Source of the DNA: Cyclobacteriaceae bacterium
GTDB lineage: Bacteria > Bacteroidota > Bacteroidia > Cytophagales > Cyclobacteriaceae
Direction: 5' to 3'
NCBI GenBank assembly: GCA_021604845.1
Contig: BQJT01000002.1
Location: forward strand, 2,495-66,494
DNA: 64,000 nt
This document shows, piece by piece, positions 8,619-17,226 of this stretch. A model generated the notes under the pieces. That model was given only the letters and a program-made list of their open reading frames with translations. It had not been told where the DNA came from and did not search any database. Every line of letters begins with the position of its first letter. The stretch's first letter is position 1. Made by a program: the position numbers and the translations under genes.

Positions 8619-9836
8619 ATGGCTTCAATAAAGATAGTACTTCGCACCAATTATCAAAAGGAAGACGGCAGTTGTCCCATAGCGCTGCGCATTACCAGAG
8701 ACCGCAAGTCTCGTTACATATACACCGGGAAGTATATTCATGAAAAACATTGGGATAAAAGCAACAGCAAAGTCAAGAAGTCCCATCCTAATTCCACTCG
8801 TTTGAATAATTACTTATTAAAGAAACTATCAGAGGCTAACGATTCCATATTGGAGTTAACCACAGCCAACAACCAGGTTACCACCAAGCAGCTCAAGAAC
8901 AAAATCAAGCCTGCAAACAAGACTGTTTCTTTTTTCGATCTGGCTGACAGACGCATCAAGGAATACCGCCAAAAAGGGACCTATTCTGTAGCCAATGCGG
9001 AGCAATCCATAGTCAACAACCTAAAAAAGTTTGTCAATAATAAGAATCTTTTCTTTCCGGACATCACAGTTCCTTTCATTCAGAAGTTTCAGGTATATGC
9101 AACGGCCACTTTGGGTCAGAAACCCAGAACCATCACCAATCACCTGATCTTTATGCGTACTATGTACAACATCGCTATAAAGGAAGGCATCGTCGAGTCC
9201 AAGCATTATCCGTTTGCCGGTAACAATGTCAAGATTAAAATCGGGTCCAGTATGAAGGTTGGCTTGTCCAAAGAGGAAGTGGCCCGTATTGAAAACCTGA
9301 AGCTGAAGAAAGGATCACCCATTTGGCATACCCGCAATGTTTGGCTATTCGCCTTCTATTTCGCAGGGATTCGGATTACTGATGTGCTTAGCATGAGATG
9401 GTCGGACTTCAAAGATGATAGACTACAATATGTGATGCACAAGAACAACAAACCAGTGTCATTAAAAATACCCGAGAAAGCCAAGGCCATTTTGGAATTC
9501 TACAAGCAAGACAAAAAAGCTTCAGATGACTTTATCTTTCCGGATCTCAAAAAGGCCAATCCAAAACACAAACGGGATCTGTTTGTGAAAACCCGCACCG
9601 CAACCAAAAGATTTAACAATTACCTCCGACAAATTGCTTCTTTAGCGAGTATTGACAAAAGTTTAAGTAATCATATAGCTCGTCATTCTTTTGGAAATAT
9701 CGCCGGTGATAAGATACACCCATTAATGCTGCAGAAGCTGTATCGTCATTCGGATTTGAAAACCACGATTAATTATCAGGCAAATTTTATTCATAAGGAT
9801 GCAGATGAGGCGCTGGATAGTGTGGTAGATTTTTAA
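8619..9836 (+). CDS. Tyrosine site-specific integrase (Bacteroidetes type, with N-terminal arm-binding domain)
   Basis: 405 aa. The N-terminus MASIKIVLRTNYQKEDGSCPIALRITRDRKSRYIYTG is typical of Bacteroidetes integrases. Catalytic signature: FAGIRITD (Arg), HIARHSF (His-x-x-Arg), LYRHSDLKTTINY (His...Tyr). Confidence 0.93.
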   Translation: MASIKIVLRTNYQKEDGSCPIALRITRDRKSRYIYTGKYIHEKHWDKSNSKVKKSHPNSTRLNNYLLKKLSEANDSILELTTANNQVTTKQLKNKIKPANKTVSFFDLADRRIKEYRQKGTYSVANAEQSIVNNLKKFVNNKNLFFPDITVPFIQKFQVYATATLGQKPRTITNHLIFMRTMYNIAIKEGIVESKHYPFAGNNVKIKIGSSMKVGLSKEEVARIENLKLKKGSPIWHTRNVWLFAFYFAGIRITDVLSMRWSDFKDDRLQYVMHKNNKPVSLKIPEKAKAILEFYKQDKKASDDFIFPDLKKANPKHKRDLFVKTRTATKRFNNYLRQIASLASIDKSLSNHIARHSFGNIAGDKIHPLMLQKLYRHSDLKTTINYQANFIHKDADEALDSVVDF

Positions 9837-9859
9837 AAGGTAAAAGATTATTACCTTTT
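9835..9859 (+). terminator. AT-rich hairpin overlapping the integrase stop codon
   Basis: AAAAGGTAA (9835-9843) pairs with TTACCTTTT (9851-9859), a 9-bp stem with a 7-nt loop. It is weak and AT-rich. Confidence 0.35.
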
Positions 9860-10018
9860 AGAATCATGTCACAGATATCTCTACACAACGGAAAATTGAA
9901 AAAGGGATCAGCAAGAGTCCATTCTTGAGGGAAATAGCTATTGGCACTATTTTCCTTCAACTAGCATTTTTTATGACCATGGAAGTAAAAGAAAGATCTT
10001 ATATATCAAAGCATCATC

Positions 10019-11362
10019 GTGAAAAGACGTGAATTTTCTGAACTAGCAATTCTAGGATTTCCTGGTATTTACTTTACAAAGGTTGGATTTGGACAAGATA
10101 CCAGAATGAATTATCCGTTTAGGACTTTACCTGAAGCCTTTCGGGCAATTGGGTTTGACCCAAAGAAAAAGGGAAATTCATTTTTTGTGGTGACCGCTGA
10201 TGTACATTATGGATCGGCTGGGGATGGGATGATGACTACTGTTGAAGATGTCAACAAAATGAACCCTAAGCCTGCCTTTTTTTGTGTTAATGGAGACTTG
10301 ATCGTCCATGCATCCACTCATTTTGGGGCTGTCCCGGATGAGAACAGCCGTCAAGCTGCAATTGATGAGTTTCAGCAGTTTAAAGCTGATGTAGATAAAC
10401 TTAATCATCAGGTGCCGTTAAAGCTTACTTTGGGTAACCATGATACACATCCTCAGGAAATTGACCCAATACTATTTTGGGAAGTATTCCCAGGATACCC
10501 TGCTTATCAATCTATAGATTTGGAGGGAGTTCATCTCATTTTCCTCAATGGTCATTCAACAGGTTATATTGATACCGAACAAATGCAATGGCTCGAAAAA
10601 GATGTTAATTCGATAGAGATAAGCCAAGAAGTTATCATTTTTGTCCACCAACCATCAATGTCACGCAGGGTTAGGGAACGGGGAATTCCGGCGGCTATTT
10701 CAAAAGCTTTCGAAAACCATAAAGGACAGATATGGCTGATAGGAGGCCACCAACACAAAAACTCTCACGAGATATTTAAACTGAAAAACACCAAATTGAT
10801 CGAACACAGAATAACCTGTGGGACCATACGAATTTGGGGCGGTCCAGAAAAACCCGGGTATTGGATATATTGCTTGCATCAGGGAGAAGTGGTAGGCCGT
10901 ATTTTTAAACAAAGAACTGAGGGGTATCGCATTGAATCTTTGCCGGAATTAACGAGCGCACAAGCGGTGCCAATCCCTTTTGATAATTGTGATAGTCTAA
11001 TTTGGAAAATTCTGGTTGGTGAAGGAGATCGCACATTCCTGATTGAATCGAAGGCAGAAGATTGCCTAAATTACTGGGCTTATGTTAAGTCCCTAACGTA
11101 TAGGCTTCCTTTAATAGATACCAACAATCTTGCCACAAAGTTAGCTGTACTTGCTGAACATCAAAGCGATAATGTGGGTAAACCCGGTCAATATTGGGTA
11201 TCGTTGAACTTGGAAGATTGGCAAGAAATCCCATTGCAAGAAGCCAAAGTAGATTTGTTGATATTGCCTATTCCGTCTGTATTTCAGAAAACCAAAAATA
11301 TATACTTTAAATTTATCCCATCTGGTGAAGCAGCAGTGGCAGGATTTGCATTGGTAAAATAA
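10019..11362 (+). CDS. Calcineurin-like metallophosphoesterase with a C-terminal domain of unknown function; possible Tat signal
   Basis: 447 aa, GTG start. The N-terminus MKRREFSELAIL is Tat-like. Metallophosphoesterase motifs: VVTADVHYG, NGDL, LGNHD, GHQH. Confidence 0.72.
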   Translation: MKRREFSELAILGFPGIYFTKVGFGQDTRMNYPFRTLPEAFRAIGFDPKKKGNSFFVVTADVHYGSAGDGMMTTVEDVNKMNPKPAFFCVNGDLIVHASTHFGAVPDENSRQAAIDEFQQFKADVDKLNHQVPLKLTLGNHDTHPQEIDPILFWEVFPGYPAYQSIDLEGVHLIFLNGHSTGYIDTEQMQWLEKDVNSIEISQEVIIFVHQPSMSRRVRERGIPAAISKAFENHKGQIWLIGGHQHKNSHEIFKLKNTKLIEHRITCGTIRIWGGPEKPGYWIYCLHQGEVVGRIFKQRTEGYRIESLPELTSAQAVPIPFDNCDSLIWKILVGEGDRTFLIESKAEDCLNYWAYVKSLTYRLPLIDTNNLATKLAVLAEHQSDNVGKPGQYWVSLNLEDWQEIPLQEAKVDLLILPIPSVFQKTKNIYFKFIPSGEAAVAGFALVK

Positions 11363-11480
11363 TTTGAAACGGAACAGAGAGATTATTGAATAATATCGAA
11401 CGATGGAAGAGTCTTTAAAAGATGGCGATTTTTGGAATCGATATTCAAAATTCTCACATCGGTTTGCCAATCTTACCAAT

Positions 11481-12230
11481 TCAATATACAGCTCGACCAC
11501 CGGTTAGATCGAATACAAATCCGGTATTAAAGCTTGCTTCACTGGAGACAACCCATGCAGAAATATTTGCCACTTCCTCCAAAGTGCCACATCTCTTCAT
11601 AGGAATTTTATCCGTCATATATTTTACCTGGATTGGGTCCATAGCCTCTACCATTGGTGTCATTACAGTTGCCGGAGCTAGGGCATTTATTGTTATTCCA
11701 CTGTCCGCATATTCCTTACCTGCTGCCTTTACCAAACCAATAACACCTGATTTACTAGCAGAATATGCACACATACCGGCGTTACCTTCCTTACCAGCAA
11801 TACTTGATATTAGTAGAATACGTCCATAGTCATTTGGCAACATCGCTCTAATCGAATACTTGGTTATTATAAATGAACCAATCAAATTTATTTGGCAAGT
11901 TCTACTAAATTCATTTAAGCTTACCTCTTCAGTTTTAATACCTGTCGGCCCAACTATTCCGGCGGCATTAATAACAACATGGATTTGAGGTACTTGGCTC
12001 AGCACTTGCTTAAAAGCATAAACAACTGAGTCTTCAGAAGAGATGTCGACTTCAAAGGCTTGTGCTTCAATGTCTTGTTTTTGTAGATCGGCAACTGCCG
12101 CAATACATCTAATCTTATTAAGATCCCAAAGCATCAGATTATATCCTATACGCCCTAATTTTCTGGCAATTGCAAAACCAATCCCCTGTGCACCACCAGT
12201 AATAATTGCTGTTTGTTTGTTCTTCACCAC
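11481..12230 (-). CDS. Short-chain dehydrogenase/reductase (SDR)
   Basis: 249 aa with cofactor motif ITGGAQGIG and catalytic YSASK. Confidence 0.9.
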   Translation of the reverse strand: MVKNKQTAIITGGAQGIGFAIARKLGRIGYNLMLWDLNKIRCIAAVADLQKQDIEAQAFEVDISSEDSVVYAFKQVLSQVPQIHVVINAAGIVGPTGIKTEEVSLNEFSRTCQINLIGSFIITKYSIRAMLPNDYGRILLISSIAGKEGNAGMCAYSASKSGVIGLVKAAGKEYADSGITINALAPATVMTPMVEAMDPIQVKYMTDKIPMKRCGTLEEVANISAWVVSSEASFNTGFVFDLTGGRAVY

Positions 12231-12266
12231 AGTATTTTGAATAATTATGTGATTTATCTTTCTCTT

Positions 12267-13316
12267 TTAGAGATTATTAATACTTCTATAGAAATCAGCC
12301 ATTTGCTGACATGTACATACCCAGAGCTTTTTGCTACGCTGTAATTCCCCAAGAAGATCAATAGTTGGAAACAGAAATTGTTCAACGGGATTTCCCCATG
12401 ATTCATTTTCAAGGGTTAGATTTATCGGATGGCATAATAATGTGAAAACACGATCATTACTAACCGCTTCCAATATTCGACGTTTCCAAATTAAAGCCCC
12501 ACCTGCAGGTGTTCTGACAAAGGCAATATTTCTACTTTCACAGTATGCCCCTACCGCATCCACAAATAATTTATTTGCCTTTGGACAGGCAATCCAAATT
12601 GGCCAATCGAAGGTTTGAGTATCTAGTGGAATTTCTACTAGATTATACAATTTATTCCCCATACGGATTTGAAAGGGTTGCGTTCCATAACCGTTGGAAG
12701 GGTTTATAAAATCATCGATCCCCACATGACTTGCCCACTTAAGATTTCCGCTTTCAATTGCATTGTAGGAGAATTCATTAAAATGTCCATAGGGCAGTCG
12801 ATAACCCGAAACTTCATCAGGGAAACGCTCACAAAAGACCTGAAGACCTTGATTAATCTGCATCTGGTTTTCAGGGACACCATAATGACCTGCATATACC
12901 TTATCCCCACCATAATACTTATTTAAATCATGTACATATCCATGTGGAGCTATCTCTGACCCGCTAGCTAACATTTGTTCAACAAATTTTACACCGTGAT
13001 CTTCAACCATTTTGGCGACAATGTTAAATGTTGCTGGAATACCATTCTGCCTAAGACGGGAACATATAAGTTCATAATTTGAAATTTCTTGCTGGACACT
13101 TCCTGTACCGTTGCCGTAGTTACCTTCAACATCGAATGTTAATAACACCGCAGCTTTTGCGCCATTAGGGAATAGGGTTCCCGGTTCTAGAGGGTTGACA
13201 ATCTGTACTCCATCTGGTTGAACCCCTCCAAAGGAGAAACCACCGTATTGCCCGGCCGCATGTTTGGTTTGTTCGACAAGAGGCCGCTCTTTGCTTGACT
13301 GCTTCTTCATTTTCAT
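12267..13316 (-). CDS. Polysaccharide deacetylase family protein (NodB/CE4-like)
   Basis: 349 aa. It carries the NodB-type motif series LLTFDVE, HGYVH and RLPYG. Confidence 0.72.
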   Translation of the reverse strand: MKMKKQSSKERPLVEQTKHAAGQYGGFSFGGVQPDGVQIVNPLEPGTLFPNGAKAAVLLTFDVEGNYGNGTGSVQQEISNYELICSRLRQNGIPATFNIVAKMVEDHGVKFVEQMLASGSEIAPHGYVHDLNKYYGGDKVYAGHYGVPENQMQINQGLQVFCERFPDEVSGYRLPYGHFNEFSYNAIESGNLKWASHVGIDDFINPSNGYGTQPFQIRMGNKLYNLVEIPLDTQTFDWPIWIACPKANKLFVDAVGAYCESRNIAFVRTPAGGALIWKRRILEAVSNDRVFTLLCHPINLTLENESWGNPVEQFLFPTIDLLGELQRSKKLWVCTCQQMADFYRSINNL

Positions 13317-13357
13317 CTGTTATCTATCAGGCCAATTGCACCCTGTAACATGTATAT

Positions 13358-13483
13358 TTATTTTTTAAGATTATTAAATATTTCTTTTAGCTCACTTATT
13401 CCTAGATATAAGATCTTCACGGAAATAATTGTAAAGAATACTGTTGTTAATAAAACAACTATGCCCCAAATAGTAGTCCACAT
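13358..13483 (-). CDS. 41-aa single-TM peptide (MWTTIWGIVVLLTTVFFTIISVKILYLGISELKEIFNNLKK), candidate symporter accessory subunit
   Basis: It is not in the ORF track because it is under 60 aa. Its ATG lies 7 nt after the symporter TGA on the same strand. It has one hydrophobic helix followed by a charged tail. Confidence 0.4.
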   Translation of the reverse strand: MWTTIWGIVVLLTTVFFTIISVKILYLGISELKEIFNNLKK

Positions 13484-13490
13484 AATTTGA

Positions 13491-14960
13491 TCATTTTTTT
13501 GCTTGAGTTTTTTGATATTTTGCAAATAGTGAACCAACTATCATACCTATTAGTGCCATCAAGAACCCACCCCAGCCAAACGCGGAAGCCCACTCATTTT
13601 TTAAATTTTCATTGATCACCAAATACAATAGCGGAGGTAAGGCTCCCAGAGTAAATGCCAGGTAGGCACCAAGTACCTGAGCTTTTTTCCAGTAGATACC
13701 GAGAACAATACAAACTAATGTACCTGGAAGAAAAATAGACCCGGTCATTTGCAGGTAAAAATAGAGGTAGCCCTCGATTTTATGAAAAAGTGACCACCAA
13801 ATAATGAAAATCATCACAACTGTTACCGTTATTCTGCTAATAAGGAGTTGCTTGTCGGAGTTAATTTCCTTGCCTGTTATTGCTTGTATGGCTATCCCCA
13901 CTATGTCCTGTGAAATAACTGAACTCCAGGAGTGTAGATAACTTGCATATGTTGACATTGAGGCAGCTAGTAAACCTGCAAAAATTAACCCGATTAAACC
14001 TTCTGGAATAATTGACTTTATTAAAAGTGGTAAGGCATCCAATCCATCAACAGGTTCAATAAAGTAGGCAAAAGCTATGATTCCCCAGAAAATTGGAAGT
14101 ACTGCTCTAAAAAAAAACATTAGCCCTGTCCATTTATAAATTTTCATCCCGGTACTAGAATCTTTTGATGAGAAAAGCCTCATAGCCAATGCTTGCCAAG
14201 CAACTAGTATTGCAGTCCATTGTAGTATCTGCCAAATTAGGAACCCAATACCAAACTCACTTTGAGTTATAGACGGAGAAAATGGATTCATTCCGGACTC
14301 GCCAAGTTCTGAGGTTACCGTATTAACTATATTATTCCAGCCCACTATAAATACACCATAGATTGTGATCAACACCATTCCAAAACTCAAGAGTACATAT
14401 TGAACGTAGTTGATAAAAATTATTGAAACCATACCCCCTAACAAGGTATGAATTAGAACAACAGTTAAGAGTACCACCATCGTAACCAAAACACTGCTTT
14501 CAGGAATACCACTTATTGTGTTTATGAATTTTGCTTCAATTCCGGGAAATACCCCAAAATTCAAAATACCACCAACTGCCATTAGTATCCCTGCATAAAA
14601 CCTAACTCCTTTACTAAACCTTCTGGAAAAAAACTCTGGAATAGTCATAATCTTCATTTCGAGAAGAGGTTTTATGATAATTCCTGTCTGCCCAAAAAAG
14701 AGGAAAACCAGTAAAGGTGGTAATGCAATGATCAAGCTGGAGAATCCAGTGTTGTACCCAAGTTCGGCATAGTAAACAAATGTGATAATACCGATTTCTG
14801 AGCACATCATGGATAATAACCCAAGATTGAACCCCATGGTCCTGTTGGCTACTAAGAAATCATCAATGCCTGATACAAACTTTCTGGCCAATAGCCCAGA
14901 GAATAGAACCAGTAAAATGTAAACAACAATAGTGGTTATATCGATCAGGTTCAAACTCAT
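13491..14960 (-). CDS. Sodium:solute symporter (SSS) family transporter
   Basis: 489 aa and highly hydrophobic, with about 12-13 TM segments. The N-terminal pattern LLARKFVSGIDDFLVANRTMG is typical of the SSS family. Confidence 0.88.
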   Translation of the reverse strand: MSLNLIDITTIVVYILLVLFSGLLARKFVSGIDDFLVANRTMGFNLGLLSMMCSEIGIITFVYYAELGYNTGFSSLIIALPPLLVFLFFGQTGIIIKPLLEMKIMTIPEFFSRRFSKGVRFYAGILMAVGGILNFGVFPGIEAKFINTISGIPESSVLVTMVVLLTVVLIHTLLGGMVSIIFINYVQYVLLSFGMVLITIYGVFIVGWNNIVNTVTSELGESGMNPFSPSITQSEFGIGFLIWQILQWTAILVAWQALAMRLFSSKDSSTGMKIYKWTGLMFFFRAVLPIFWGIIAFAYFIEPVDGLDALPLLIKSIIPEGLIGLIFAGLLAASMSTYASYLHSWSSVISQDIVGIAIQAITGKEINSDKQLLISRITVTVVMIFIIWWSLFHKIEGYLYFYLQMTGSIFLPGTLVCIVLGIYWKKAQVLGAYLAFTLGALPPLLYLVINENLKNEWASAFGWGGFLMALIGMIVGSLFAKYQKTQAKK

Positions 14961-15183
14961 TTGTTATTATTCAGATATGGAATTTACTACTCATTTAATA
15001 TAGAGTAGAGGGATCATGAAATGGTCATAAAATAATATTCAACCCCATCTAGAATGACACAGGAATTTAAAAATTCTATTGTAATTGGAATGTGAAAGTA
15101 AATTTGGTGTCAATCATTTAAAGTGCATCATAATTTTTTTGAGAAAATAATTTCTATAACTTACTACTCCAAGTCATTCCTCA

Positions 15184-15855
15184 ATGAAGACTAAAGCGCT
15201 TGATACGAAATATCAACCCATACCAGAGTTAGGGAGAAATTCTAACATGCCAGATAGATCCGAAAGAGAAATTTGGATCGAGTTTAAGCAAGGAAGCGAT
15301 TCGGCACTTTCATATATTTATAACAAGTATATAGATGTACTTTTCAACTATGGTTGTCAAATCAACAATAGTGAGCAACTTGTTCAGGATTGTATTCAGG
15401 ACTTGTTTATGGATTTAATAAGGTCAAGAGAACGACTAGCAGATGTTAATTCTATTAAATATTACTTGTTTACTTCTCTAAGGTGGAGGGTGTTAAAAAG
15501 TTTGAAAAAGGAGAGAAAATTTCTATCCAACGAATTCGACGGTACAACTGAAAAAGGGTTTGATATAATTAGTTCTCCGGAAGATAGAATGATCAATGAA
15601 CAACTTTCCAAAGAAAAACGAAGAATAATAACACTTGCTTGTCAAAAACTCACTAAAAAGCAACGCGAATGCATTTTGCTTTATTTTTATGAAGGATTTA
15701 CCTACAAACAAGTGGCAGAGATAATGGGGATGGGAAAGGTAAGGTCAGCTCGTGTAATGGTATACCGAGCATTGGACTCTCTACAGGCCTATTTAAAACA
15801 TGCCAAGGATCAACTAACAATTCTAACCTCTCTTCTAATCAGTACTTTTCTATAG
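15184..15855 (+). CDS. ECF-type RNA polymerase sigma-70 factor
   Basis: 223 aa as tracked; the real start may be Met22 at 15247. Region 2 is VQDCIQDLFMDLI. Region 4 is LTKKQRECILLYFYEGFTYKQVAEIMGMGKVRSARVMVYRALDSL. Confidence 0.85.
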   Translation: MKTKALDTKYQPIPELGRNSNMPDRSEREIWIEFKQGSDSALSYIYNKYIDVLFNYGCQINNSEQLVQDCIQDLFMDLIRSRERLADVNSIKYYLFTSLRWRVLKSLKKERKFLSNEFDGTTEKGFDIISSPEDRMINEQLSKEKRRIITLACQKLTKKQRECILLYFYEGFTYKQVAEIMGMGKVRSARVMVYRALDSLQAYLKHAKDQLTILTSLLISTFL

Positions 15856-16074
15856 TCAAATTTGAAATTTTTTGCATTTCGTCATTTTCCTTTGAATGAA
15901 TCACTTGAAGGGCTGAACCTTCTGTTCAATAGCTGCTTAATTATCAACTCTGGGTAGCTTCAATCAAGCAGTGTGATCATAAATATTTTTATTTTGTATC
16001 CTTTTTTATAGTAAAGGACTCTATTCAGTTAGAATGTCAATAAACCAAAAGAACGAAATCTAGGACCTTGACTC

Positions 16075-17100
16075 ATGAAGGATCTTTTACAAGATGAGTT
16101 TTTCATAAAATCTGTTTGCAATCCGGATCAGGAAGCCACAGACTATTGGAGACGGTGGCTGGAGCGAAACCCTGATAGGAAAGATGATTTTGAACTTGCA
16201 AGACAAGCCATATTGTCTATCGAGTATAAAAATTATAAAAAAATTCCGAAATCCGCATCTGAGCAAATGTTTGAAAACATAAGAGCATTCAAGCGCTTAA
16301 TAGATGAGAAGGAATCATTAGATGAATCAAATAATTTTTTGAGGCCATACACATCAAGAATACTAAGAGTTGCATCGGTGGTTGTTGTTCTTATTACAAT
16401 CTCATTCAGTTTGTACTATTTCGATTTTGGTATAAACAAGGATCAAGCCCATGCAAGCAATTTTAAGGTTGAGAAAAATACCCCGCATGGAGTAAAAAAG
16501 ACCATAATACTACCCGATGGTACTGTAGTAAAACTAAACTCCGGTAGCGAGCTTAAGTATCCAAGTCAGTTTATCAATGGTAAGAGGATGGTTGAGCTAC
16601 GAGGAGAGGCATTCTTTGATGTTGTTGAGGATAAGAGTCGACCTTTTATTGTAAAGACTAGGGATATCTACGCTCAAGTGTTAGGCACTTCATTTAACAT
16701 TCGAAGTTATCAGGACGAAGAAAACTCGGAAGTAGCGTTAATCTCAGGAAGGGTTAAAGTAAATGATTTCTTAGGGAATGAAATTTTATTGGAGCCTTCA
16801 GAGAAAGTAGTATTTTCTTATAAGAACGAAGAGCTTTATAAATCGAAGTTCAATGTACACATGGTTACAGGTTGGCTGGAAAATATATTAATTTTTGAAA
16901 AGTCGTCTATTGAACAAATTGCTGTTAAACTCGAACGATGGTATGGTGTTAAAATAGATTTTGATTTATCCAGTCCGATAAAAGGTAGTTACAGTGGTGA
17001 ATTCAAAGATGAACCTTTGAATGTAGTTCTTGACGGAATTGGATATGCTTCAGAGTTTGAATATTTAATTAATGGGAATCATGTTACAATAAAAAACTAA
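16075..17100 (+). CDS. FecR-family anti-sigma factor (single-pass membrane sensor)
   Basis: 341 aa with a central TM segment (ILRVASVVVVLITISFSLYYF). The FecR motif LRGEAFFDVVEDKSRPFIVKT is present. It sits between the ECF sigma and the SusC. Confidence 0.88.
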   Translation: MKDLLQDEFFIKSVCNPDQEATDYWRRWLERNPDRKDDFELARQAILSIEYKNYKKIPKSASEQMFENIRAFKRLIDEKESLDESNNFLRPYTSRILRVASVVVVLITISFSLYYFDFGINKDQAHASNFKVEKNTPHGVKKTIILPDGTVVKLNSGSELKYPSQFINGKRMVELRGEAFFDVVEDKSRPFIVKTRDIYAQVLGTSFNIRSYQDEENSEVALISGRVKVNDFLGNEILLEPSEKVVFSYKNEELYKSKFNVHMVTGWLENILIFEKSSIEQIAVKLERWYGVKIDFDLSSPIKGSYSGEFKDEPLNVVLDGIGYASEFEYLINGNHVTIKN

Positions 17101-17226
17101 ATCTGATGAAGAAAATAGACACAAGTTAAAAAGCCGGCTTTTACACCGGCTCCGATCCTGGCAGCAGATCTCGACAATATGCAGCGAGGATCTTTTAATT
17201 AAAAAAGAAATTAAACATTTAAACTT

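Noticed and set aside
11422-11829. 135-aa plus-strand ORF (with similar antisense ORFs at 5582-6025, 23719-24171, 42891-43412, 54398-54733, 63266-63637, 11141-11500 and many shorter ones)
   Set aside because: Each lies entirely or mostly antisense to, or out of frame within, a longer ORF with clear family motifs. Their translations are low-complexity and match no family I recognise, so they are shadow ORFs.
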